Shown in pieces: positions 15,168 through 23,454 of a DNA stretch of 29,619 bases. The notes under the pieces were generated by a model. The model saw only the letters and a list, made by a program, of their open reading frames with translations. It did no database searches and was not told the DNA's origin. Numbering within the stretch: the first letter of the stretch is position 1; each line of letters starts with the position of its first letter. The translations under genes and the position numbers were made by a program. Source of the DNA: a virus (lineage: Duplodnaviria > Caudoviricetes); IMG/VR virus record IMGVR_UViG_3300025759_000468, positions 1 through 29,619 of that record; one strand, written 5' to 3'.

Positions 15168-15659
15168 ATGAAAGTTATTGTTGAATTTACAAACCCAGTT
15201 AAGTTCTCATGGGTAAACTGGTTAGTTAGAAAAGTAGAAGGTACTGACTACGGACATGTCAGGCTAAGAGTTGTTATGGAAGATCACTCTTACGTTTACG
15301 AAGCAAACGACACAAATGTAAGATTGCTCGGACAGATGAAGATGAAGATGAATCCAGTAGAAGTTTTACATTCATACACATTGAGTCTATCTGAAGAGCA
15401 AGAGAAAGAGTTTCCAGTACTTTTAGAATTCGCTGGACTAGAATATGGATATAAACAACTGATCGGAATTCTCTTACAGAGAAAGTGGAAGTTGAAATGG
15501 AATCCTCTAAATAGAGGTAGAGAACATCAGATATGTTCTGAGTTTGTTGCCATCTTTTTGATGAACGTAATGGGATACTACATAGATAAGGACATAGACA
15601 TACTAAGTCCTAAAGACATAAAGAGATTCCTTGATGAGGTTGTAGGTGAAGATGCTTGA
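15168..15659 (+). CDS. Permuted papain-like NlpC/P60 enzyme (YiiX/YebB-like)
   Basis: His before Cys order: YGHV...YEA...Y...ICSEFVA. Confidence 0.8.
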   Translation: MKVIVEFTNPVKFSWVNWLVRKVEGTDYGHVRLRVVMEDHSYVYEANDTNVRLLGQMKMKMNPVEVLHSYTLSLSEEQEKEFPVLLEFAGLEYGYKQLIGILLQRKWKLKWNPLNRGREHQICSEFVAIFLMNVMGYYIDKDIDILSPKDIKRFLDEVVGEDA

Positions 15660-16191
15660 TACAATAAAGAAATACCCAAAGTTAGCACTCCTTGCTCTAG
15701 TGATGATGCTGATGGGCCTTACTAATTTTCTAACTTATAGCCTTCAAGGTGACATAATTGAGATTAGAAAAGAAGAAGTTATTGAACTTAAAGAAGAGAT
15801 CAAGACTCACAAAGCAACTCTCGAAATGCAAATAAGTGAGAACCGTAAACTTAAAAGTCAACTGAGTGAATCATTTGAAGAGACAGTTAAACCAGATGGA
15901 ACTCGTATAACTAAGAAGACTAAAGATCTAAGCAAAGAAGAAGATACCGTAAGAGAACAGAAAATTAGACTAGAATATCAATACCAAGTGAGAGAACTGA
16001 AACAGGAAATTAAACGAATTGAAAATGAGAAACATCAAACTAAACGATCGCTTAGTGTGGGAGCTGGATATACTACAGGTCTAAGTTCATTTGTCTCATT
16101 CCAATATGACATGTGGGGACCATTCGGAGTGACAGGATACTTTGAAACCTTAACAGGTGAAGTAGCTTTAGGTATAGGAGCTAGGTTCTAA
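15646..16191 (+). CDS. Membrane-anchored coiled-coil protein, spanin-like
   Basis: N-terminal TM, long coiled coil, C-terminal amphipathic beta-strands ending in Phe. Confidence 0.55.
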   Translation: MKMLDTIKKYPKLALLALVMMLMGLTNFLTYSLQGDIIEIRKEEVIELKEEIKTHKATLEMQISENRKLKSQLSESFEETVKPDGTRITKKTKDLSKEEDTVREQKIRLEYQYQVRELKQEIKRIENEKHQTKRSLSVGAGYTTGLSSFVSFQYDMWGPFGVTGYFETLTGEVALGIGARF

Positions 16192-16508
16192 TGAATAAGG
16201 ATGTTGATAGAATTTTACATAAACTAGAAAAGTTTGAACATAGATTAGATTCTATTGATATCAAGCAAGCTTATATGAACAAAGATCTAGAAGCTCATAT
16301 GGCTAGATCAGCTCGTAATGAAGATATGATACAAGAGATTAGAAAGCAAGGCAAAGCAGAGAGAGAAGAACTTCTTAGGAAGCTAGAACCTCTTGATGAA
16401 CACTTGACTTTCATAAGAGTACTTACCAAACTTATATTATGGGTAGGTGGAATCAGTGGAGCTGTATTCGCTGTTTACAAGTTGGCATTACTTTACAAAG
16501 GTAACTAA
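16191..16508 (+). CDS. Coiled coil plus C-terminal TM protein (holin/XhlA-like)
   Basis: Coiled coil followed by LILWVGGISGAVFAVYKLALL. Confidence 0.55.
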   Translation: MNKDVDRILHKLEKFEHRLDSIDIKQAYMNKDLEAHMARSARNEDMIQEIRKQGKAEREELLRKLEPLDEHLTFIRVLTKLILWVGGISGAVFAVYKLALLYKGN

Positions 16509-18055
16509 TGTATACACAGAAACAATTAGATGCACTTAAGAAAAGAGTCGATGAACAGAAGCTTCATTGTATGGATCCTTTCAAACCTGCTTCAAGACCT
16601 TCTCCTCAACAGCTAGAAGTTCTTATGGAATGCAGTCTTGACTTCGTATATCTAGTAGCTGGTAATCAATTTGGTAAATCTCAAATAGGTGCGAGAATTC
16701 TTGCATGGAAATTTGAAGAGAATCATCCATACTGGGAAAGACCAAACTCTCAAGTCTGTTACGATAAGAGATGTGGATCTCACAATATTGAACTAGTAGA
16801 TTCAGACCTAGACGAATACAGATGTAAAGAATGTGGTAACACTTGGATTGATTGGGCGCAAGAACCTCTAACTCTTATCCTAGCTGGGCGTGTGATGAAA
16901 CAGATTACAGAACTTTGGGACAAGAAGATTCGTCCATATCTAGGTAAAGAAGGTGTAGATTTCAAAGTAGTAAAAGCTGGTGGTTCACTAGATCATGTGT
17001 TAAATTTGAAAAATGGAAACAAGATCATATTCCTAACTCACGATAAAGCAGATCATGCTAGAGAGAAAGCTCAATCATTTACGGCTCATCACGTATGGCT
17101 AGATGAGATGCCAAGCTCTCACAAGTACGTTGAAGAACTTCAGCGAAGGGTTGATGCTAGGCGTGGACAGTTCATATCTACATTCACACCTAAGAGTCCT
17201 AATCCAGTGATTAGACAGATGGTTGACAATGTTGATCCACTTATTGGTAAGAAATTCAAATTTGGTAAACTTGACAATCCTATATACAGAAATGTAAAAG
17301 AGAAAGAGATTGCTAAAGTAGCTAATCTTCCAGAAGCAGAACGTAATTGTATTCTTTATGGTGATTGGTTAGATTCTTCTGATGCCGTGTTTAGGTTTGG
17401 AGATCATAACATAATCAACACTCCTGACAATTATGACAAACAATGGCCACATACTTTGGCAGCAGATCCTGCAGCAGGTGGGAAAGGTGGATTCATTCTC
17501 ATAGCTCAGAATCCTCATACTGGAAGACCTTACATTGCTGATGCTTTCTATCTGAAGGTAGAAGGTGACCTGACTACTTATGTGTCTAAGATCTCAAGGA
17601 TTCTAAACACTCACAATATAGTAAGAAAAGTATATGACCCTTCTGAGACTTGGTTCCAGAACGAAATGATAAGAAACAAAATATATGGCTGGATGCAGGC
17701 AGATAAGACAGATAAGACCGCACTAATTATGCACTTGCAAAAAGAGCTAGAAAGTGATAAAATAGATATAGACTCTGAATTAGTAGAACTGCTTACCGAG
17801 CTTAATGATGCCGAGTGGGATCCTAATCCAGCTAAATTTGGACATATAAAGAACTCTACGAAATATCACCTATGTGATGCTCTACAGTACGGAATCTTTC
17901 ATCTTCCTAAAGTTGATGTGGTTCCTCAACATATGACCAGAGATGCTAGACTATTTATGGCTAGTGAGTTGGAAGAGGAAGCTAGAGCTGCAAAGCGCAA
18001 GGGCAATAAAGGCAAGTATACGATGTTAATGAGAAAGAGTAGGAAAATCTGGTGA
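16508..18055 (+). CDS. terL: Terminase large subunit
   Basis: Q motif SPQQ, Walker A AGNQFGKS, Walker B VWLDE, coupling motif TFTP, nuclease acidic residues (AADPA, YDPS, HLCDALQY). Confidence 0.95.
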   Translation: MYTQKQLDALKKRVDEQKLHCMDPFKPASRPSPQQLEVLMECSLDFVYLVAGNQFGKSQIGARILAWKFEENHPYWERPNSQVCYDKRCGSHNIELVDSDLDEYRCKECGNTWIDWAQEPLTLILAGRVMKQITELWDKKIRPYLGKEGVDFKVVKAGGSLDHVLNLKNGNKIIFLTHDKADHAREKAQSFTAHHVWLDEMPSSHKYVEELQRRVDARRGQFISTFTPKSPNPVIRQMVDNVDPLIGKKFKFGKLDNPIYRNVKEKEIAKVANLPEAERNCILYGDWLDSSDAVFRFGDHNIINTPDNYDKQWPHTLAADPAAGGKGGFILIAQNPHTGRPYIADAFYLKVEGDLTTYVSKISRILNTHNIVRKVYDPSETWFQNEMIRNKIYGWMQADKTDKTALIMHLQKELESDKIDIDSELVELLTELNDAEWDPNPAKFGHIKNSTKYHLCDALQYGIFHLPKVDVVPQHMTRDARLFMASELEEEARAAKRKGNKGKYTMLMRKSRKIW

Positions 18056-18300
18056 GCAAACTATTTATAGATTTAGGCATTAAATTATGTATGCCAGAAG
18101 AAGGACCTAAAAGAATGTGTCCAAAATGTGAAACACTTCATAAGACAGAAGATGAATGCCCTGAGAAGGAAGAAGACGGCAATTTTCACAAAGAACAACC
18201 TCTTGCTAGTGAAGAGACTGCAGAACTTCTAAACGTCGAACAGAAGGTCGCAGAGAAGCTTCTAGGAAGATCTGGATGGAATGGAGAAGATAATGAGTAG
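18052..18300 (+). CDS. Small acidic Cys-containing protein
   Basis: ORF track; CPKC...H...C; GTGA overlap with the terL stop. Confidence 0.65.
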   Translation: MSKLFIDLGIKLCMPEEGPKRMCPKCETLHKTEDECPEKEEDGNFHKEQPLASEETAELLNVEQKVAEKLLGRSGWNGEDNE

Positions 18301-20308
18301 AGTTTTGAAATTCATACCCCTCAATAAAGAGAAAGGTAAAGAACTTCTTGGTGGCCGTCTATCCGATGCTATGGACTATAGAGCTAAGACTCAAGAGGAT
18401 GTATGGCTTCTTAATGAACAGACTGTATATGATCCTGAAGGAGTTATGGGAGATAAGAACAATTCTCTATCTAGAGCTGTTGGAGTTGACATGAACAAGG
18501 CTTCTGAAGATGAGTCTAATGGATTTGATTCATTTGGTATGAACTATACAGTACGATACTACAGATTGATTCAGGCACAACTTAGTGCTAACCCACCTAG
18601 TGTTACCCCTAGTCCACTAACTCCAGATCAAGAAGATGTTAGGAGAGCAAGAGCTGCTGATGACATCGTAAGATATGCCCTAAGACAATACAAACTACAA
18701 GAAGAATTTGATCTAAACAATGCTCAACTTGTTATGTATGGAACATCATTCATCAAGTCATGTTGGGATAGATGGGCAGGAGATCCACTAAAGTTTGATC
18801 CTGAAACTCTTGAAATCACAGAGATGGAAGGAGACATTCATGTCAAATCTTGTGACACATGGGCTGTCTACATAGATCCCCTTGCAAAGAAGTGGGATGA
18901 AGTCAGATTTATATTTGAAAGAAAATTGCTTACAGAAGCTGAGATCAGAGCATGTTATCCAGATTATGCAGATCACATCATAGAAGAATCTACTGATTCA
19001 GGACAAGCATTCAGAGAGTCTAGATCTTTTGCTGATAGATTCAGACAAGGTGAAGACAAGAAAGAGAGACAGTACGCTATATACGAGTATTGGGAAAAAG
19101 GACTTCCTGAGAATGGATTCCAAGGACGTTATGTAGAAGCTATACTACAGGATGGTACATGTCTTACAGATCCAGTTCCTAATCCACATAGATTCGGTAC
19201 TAAGGATACACTTCCTAAAGCAAGACTTCCATACCACATAATGACAGATATAGATGTGACTAACCAAGTTTATGGAAACACATTCATCACATACCTAACT
19301 AAGATTCAAGATACAATGAATAGACTTGATCTTCAAACTCTTGAGAATATCAGAGCCCATGGTCAAACTAAGATGGTACTACCAGAAGGTGCGGAAGCTG
19401 TAGGTATCGATAACTCTACATGGGATGTAGTTGAAGTTAAAGGTGCAGGTAATCAAAGACCTTCATTTGTAAACACTCCGGGAACTATGCCAGATGTTGC
19501 TAAGATGAGAGCTGATATTCTTCAGGGCTTCAATGATCTAGCTGGTACTAATGAAAGTATGTTTGGTCAACAGTCAAGAGAGACTTCAGGTTTCTCAATG
19601 CAATATGCAACTAATCAAGGTAATCTAATAAGAAGAAGGCTATTCAATAAGTATGTAGGTACTACTGAAGGAGTCTATAAAGACATTCTAGACATAATTA
19701 AGAAACACTGGGATACTCCTAGAAAGATTAAGATAAGTGGACAAGAGGGAGCATTTGATATTAAGGAATACGAAGGCGCAGATATTGCAGGTGGATTCGA
19801 TCTACGTGTAGAATACGGCACCTCATTCTCACTTGATCCTATGGCTAGAAGACAAGAGATCATGCAGCTTATGCCATTATGGGAAAAGGCTGGCAAGGAT
19901 CCTAAAGAGCTGACTAAGCACATCAAGTTCAATGACCTAGAAGGTATGGACGATGTAGGAACTCATTCTGAAAAGAGAATGGATGAGATCATAAAGACTA
20001 TTATTGACACAGAAGAATACGTAGCTCCTAGAGAGTGGGAGAATCATGAACTCAGACTACCTTATCTTATTAGGTTCATGGAGACTGCTGAATTCGATAG
20101 ACTTGAAGAAGACATTCAAGACATGATCATTCGTCATAAAGAAGAAAGAATGAAGATGCAGGCAGATATGGCAGCAGGACAAGCTCCATCAGGCGGCGGT
20201 GCAGGCGGCGGTGGCGGCCCAGCAGTTCCGGGAGCGGCAGGTCCACAAGCTGAAGGTGCTCCTCCAATGGATGCAAGCATGGCTCCAGCAGGTCCAGCAC
20301 CCATTTAA
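18293..20308 (+). CDS. Portal protein
   Basis: About 670 aa, follows TerL, with features seen in P22-like portals (VYIDP.AK.WDE.RF, DLAG...SMFG...SG); ATG 18293 follows GGAG (track start 18281). Confidence 0.88.
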   Translation: MSRVLKFIPLNKEKGKELLGGRLSDAMDYRAKTQEDVWLLNEQTVYDPEGVMGDKNNSLSRAVGVDMNKASEDESNGFDSFGMNYTVRYYRLIQAQLSANPPSVTPSPLTPDQEDVRRARAADDIVRYALRQYKLQEEFDLNNAQLVMYGTSFIKSCWDRWAGDPLKFDPETLEITEMEGDIHVKSCDTWAVYIDPLAKKWDEVRFIFERKLLTEAEIRACYPDYADHIIEESTDSGQAFRESRSFADRFRQGEDKKERQYAIYEYWEKGLPENGFQGRYVEAILQDGTCLTDPVPNPHRFGTKDTLPKARLPYHIMTDIDVTNQVYGNTFITYLTKIQDTMNRLDLQTLENIRAHGQTKMVLPEGAEAVGIDNSTWDVVEVKGAGNQRPSFVNTPGTMPDVAKMRADILQGFNDLAGTNESMFGQQSRETSGFSMQYATNQGNLIRRRLFNKYVGTTEGVYKDILDIIKKHWDTPRKIKISGQEGAFDIKEYEGADIAGGFDLRVEYGTSFSLDPMARRQEIMQLMPLWEKAGKDPKELTKHIKFNDLEGMDDVGTHSEKRMDEIIKTIIDTEEYVAPREWENHELRLPYLIRFMETAEFDRLEEDIQDMIIRHKEERMKMQADMAAGQAPSGGGAGGGGGPAVPGAAGPQAEGAPPMDASMAPAGPAPI

Positions 20309-20311
20309 CAG

Positions 20312-20340
20312 TTGACAATTCTCTGGTTTTATGGTAAACT
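20312..20340 (+). promoter_or_regulatory. Sigma-70 promoter for scaffold/capsid genes
   Basis: TTGACA-N17-TAAACT with extended TG. Confidence 0.8.
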
Positions 20341-20436
20341 AGAGATACCTATGATATTTTCATACCGCTCTATCTTCGGACGAGCAATTTATAAGCAAGT
20401 GACTACCCTCGGATGTCGCAGAAAGGCTAAGACAAA

Positions 20437-21558
20437 ATGTCAGATCAGGTAGAAAAAGCAGGTTTTCAATCCGTATCCAACTTACTGAAGCAAGGCTTTG
20501 GACATGAGTCCTCAGAACCAGTTGAAGAAGTGTCAAGTGAACCGGTTGTAAAAGTGGAAGATGAGTCGGCAAACTCTGAAGCTATGGAAACAATGACACC
20601 AAATGGAGAAGTTGAGCAGAGTGCTGATGCTCAAGTGGAGGAAGAATCCTCGGAAGAACTTCAAGCTTCTGAATCAGAAGGCGATGCCAAGCCAAATGAG
20701 GAAGATACCGAGAAGCTAGACATCGAAGGAAAGACTCTAACTGTAAAGTACAATGATCGTGATTGGATCAAGAAGGTTGCTACTAAAGCTGTTAATCTTC
20801 AGAAGGGTATGAATCAAGCTTTCAAAGAGAGAGACTCTCTAAAAGCAGAGCTTGAGACACTGAGGCCCGATGTTGAGAAATACAAAGCAGGCTTCGAGAA
20901 ACTAGATGAGATGCACACAGAAGCATCAGAGTCTGGTGATTGGGTAGGATTTATTCAAAATGTAATTGGAAACGACGTATCAGTAGATACTATCATTGAA
21001 GAGTACATTGCTAAGAATGAATACCTAAGTGGTCTTACTGATGACGAACGTAGTGCCTATGAAGCTAATCTGAAGGAGAAGAGAAGACTTCGAGAATTAG
21101 AAAAGAAGTTGGCTGCTTATGAAGCAGACACTGAATCTAAGAAAGAAGAAGTTCAAGCTTCTGAGAAGAGTACACTTCAAAAGCAAGTACAAACAGATGT
21201 TAACGCAGCATTTTATGAATATAGGTTCGGAAGCGAAGTTGGAGACGAGAAGAAAGCTCATCGTCTAAACAGAATGGCTTTCAGAGAATTCAACGAAGCT
21301 ATATCCGGTTATGAGACAGATCAGATAACTGAAGAATTGATTCATAAGGTTATGGACCAATCATTCAAAAATATCAGAGGTGATCTCAATATTGGCAAGA
21401 GCACTAAGGTCAAGACTAAGAAAGCTAAGCAGAAAGCTATGGCTGCCAAGGAAATGACAAAAGCAGTAGAACAGAATCAAGAAGCTCCTGATTTCAGAGA
21501 AACAGTGAGAACTGATATGTCTGCAGCACTTAGACAAGCTCTACATGGAAACAAATAA
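20437..21558 (+). CDS. Capsid scaffolding protein
   Basis: Acidic disordered N-terminus and coiled coils; lies between portal and capsid. Confidence 0.75.
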   Translation: MSDQVEKAGFQSVSNLLKQGFGHESSEPVEEVSSEPVVKVEDESANSEAMETMTPNGEVEQSADAQVEEESSEELQASESEGDAKPNEEDTEKLDIEGKTLTVKYNDRDWIKKVATKAVNLQKGMNQAFKERDSLKAELETLRPDVEKYKAGFEKLDEMHTEASESGDWVGFIQNVIGNDVSVDTIIEEYIAKNEYLSGLTDDERSAYEANLKEKRRLRELEKKLAAYEADTESKKEEVQASEKSTLQKQVQTDVNAAFYEYRFGSEVGDEKKAHRLNRMAFREFNEAISGYETDQITEELIHKVMDQSFKNIRGDLNIGKSTKVKTKKAKQKAMAAKEMTKAVEQNQEAPDFRETVRTDMSAALRQALHGNK

Positions 21559-21567
21559 ACAGGAGAT

Positions 21568-21590
21568 GGGAGCCACTTAATTGTGGCCCT
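21568..21590 (+). other. Intergenic hairpin before the capsid gene
   Basis: GGG-A-GCCAC-TTAATT-GTGGC-CC. Confidence 0.45.
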
Positions 21591-21623
21591 ACCTCAAATT
21601 GAAACTCAAAAGGAATTAATGAA

Positions 21624-23015
21624 ATGGCAGTTACTCCAGATCAGTATGTCCCACAATCCAAGGACAACACAAACTTAGGTAATCTTCTACAGATTGCTTT
21701 CACTGACGGTATTGTATACCAAAACTCAGAGAACTTCTCTGATTGGGATATGATCACTAAAAACAAAGTAAGCGACAGACAAGCTAGAACACAAGCGTTC
21801 ATGTTACAAACTGAACTAGGTGCAGCAGCTTCTCAGTTCGTTGGTCAAGGCTACGGTCTTAAGTTCCCTAAGGGACAACAAACAAAGCAAGACGAATACG
21901 ATGCTAAGATGAAGCAAATCTCAACTACTGTTGAAATTGAGATGGACCTTATCGATAGAGCAGCTAAGTCTGAAAAGTATGTTGATCCTCTAGCACACGA
22001 AATCAACTCAAAAGTTATCTCTCAAAAGAGAATGCTTTCTATCGCACTTCATGGTGACGGTACAGGTGTACTTGGTAAAGCATCATCTTCTATTGATGCA
22101 GACCTAGTTACTATCGAATTTGATAATGCAATCACTTCAGGTACTTCATTTGTTAACGCTAACTCTTACGGTGGCGAAAGATGGTGTCAGTATGGTGACC
22201 TTCTTGTTACTGCAGCAGTTGACGGCTCATCTGCAAATGCTCAAATCTACAAAGTTGTAGAAAAAGACAGAGAGAGTGACTCAGTTGTTTGTGAAGTTTA
22301 CGACGCAAATGGTGCTAAAGTTGGTTCTCCAGCAGCAGTTCCAGCAGGTGAGGTTCTAATCTACAGAGCTGGTCAAAGAACTAAGGCGGATCTTTCTGAT
22401 GACGCTACAGTTAAAGCTGCTGACTTGAACTCATCTACTGAAGCTATGGTTGGTTTCGACACTCTTTACTCTAACGACGGAAGAACTGTTCACGGAATCA
22501 AAATGAAAGGTTCTACTTCTGCAACTGTTCACAGTGTTAACGGTGCATTAGACATCTCAACATTCCAAAGAGCAGTATCTAAAGTTAAGAACAGAGTTGG
22601 TTCTGACAAGTACAGTTACAAGCAAGCTCTATCTTCTTTCGAAGCAATCGATTACCTAATCGAATCAAACGAAGCTGACAGAAGACTTGTTGACATTGCT
22701 AAGCAAGAGCGTGGTGCAACTGGTTTCGGATACGTTCACGGATCTGATACTATCAAACTACAAGACTCAGAGTTCGCTAAGTCTGACAGAATGTTACTTC
22801 TTCCTGAATCAGCTAAGCAAAAAGCAGTATGTGAATTCTACGGAACTGACATCTACAATGTTAAAGCTGGTAGCCAAGACACTTTCCTAGCAAGAGATGG
22901 TGATGGCGACAGAATCGGTGTAATCCAGAAGTACATGGTTGGTCGTGTAACTCTTCTTTCAAGACACCCAGCGGCTGCTCTTGTAATCGACAAATTTACT
23001 ATTGGTGCAGTTTAA
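21624..23015 (+). CDS. Major capsid protein
   Basis: 463 aa after the scaffold; strongly biased codon usage; LHGDGTGVLG motif; C-terminal RHPAA. Confidence 0.85.
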   Translation: MAVTPDQYVPQSKDNTNLGNLLQIAFTDGIVYQNSENFSDWDMITKNKVSDRQARTQAFMLQTELGAAASQFVGQGYGLKFPKGQQTKQDEYDAKMKQISTTVEIEMDLIDRAAKSEKYVDPLAHEINSKVISQKRMLSIALHGDGTGVLGKASSSIDADLVTIEFDNAITSGTSFVNANSYGGERWCQYGDLLVTAAVDGSSANAQIYKVVEKDRESDSVVCEVYDANGAKVGSPAAVPAGEVLIYRAGQRTKADLSDDATVKAADLNSSTEAMVGFDTLYSNDGRTVHGIKMKGSTSATVHSVNGALDISTFQRAVSKVKNRVGSDKYSYKQALSSFEAIDYLIESNEADRRLVDIAKQERGATGFGYVHGSDTIKLQDSEFAKSDRMLLLPESAKQKAVCEFYGTDIYNVKAGSQDTFLARDGDGDRIGVIQKYMVGRVTLLSRHPAAALVIDKFTIGAV

Positions 23016-23020
23016 GGATT

Positions 23021-23034
23021 AGGGCTTCGGCCCT
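23021..23034 (+). terminator. Hairpin after the capsid gene
   Basis: AGGGC-TTCG-GCCCT (cUUCGg loop) with a weak pyrimidine tail. Confidence 0.6.
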
Positions 23035-23064
23035 TCTCCTAACCCTAACAAAGGATTAGATAAA

Positions 23065-23400
23065 ATGGCAAAATACAAAAAACCAGCAGAGCTTGCTCAA
23101 GGTGCTTCTAAGCACGTAGGTAAAGCAGATGCTCTCGTTATGGATAAAGTCAAGACTGATTCTGAAGTGGTAAGTGCAGATAAAGAATATTCTAGATCTC
23201 ACCTAATTCCAGCAGTTATAATACTTGCAGGTTCAGTTGCAGATGTTACTTGTCCTTCAGCTTCTCATGCTAACAAGGACTTAGTAGTTACTGTAGTTAA
23301 CACTACAGCAGGTGCAGTTAATGTAGCAGGCAAATCTTGTCCAGTAGGTCTTACTCTATTAAGATCTGATGGCTCAGATTGGACAGCATACTCAGTTTAG
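23065..23400 (+). CDS. Small virion protein (capsid decoration/fibre-like)
   Basis: Follows the MCP; C-terminal LRSDGSDW motif; capsid-like codon bias. Confidence 0.6.
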   Translation: MAKYKKPAELAQGASKHVGKADALVMDKVKTDSEVVSADKEYSRSHLIPAVIILAGSVADVTCPSASHANKDLVVTVVNTTAGAVNVAGKSCPVGLTLLRSDGSDWTAYSV

Positions 23401-23407
23401 TACCTTA

Positions 23408-23428
23408 GAGAGGGCGCAATGCCCTCTC
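23408..23428 (+). terminator. Hairpin
   Basis: GAGAGGGC-GCAAT-GCCCTCTC. Confidence 0.55.
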
Positions 23429-23454
23429 ATCCATTTCAAACTCTCGGAGCATAG

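Noticed and set aside
20160-20308. GC-rich patch at the portal 3' end as foreign DNA
   Set aside because: Explained by a Gly/Ala/Pro-rich low-complexity tail in frame with the portal.
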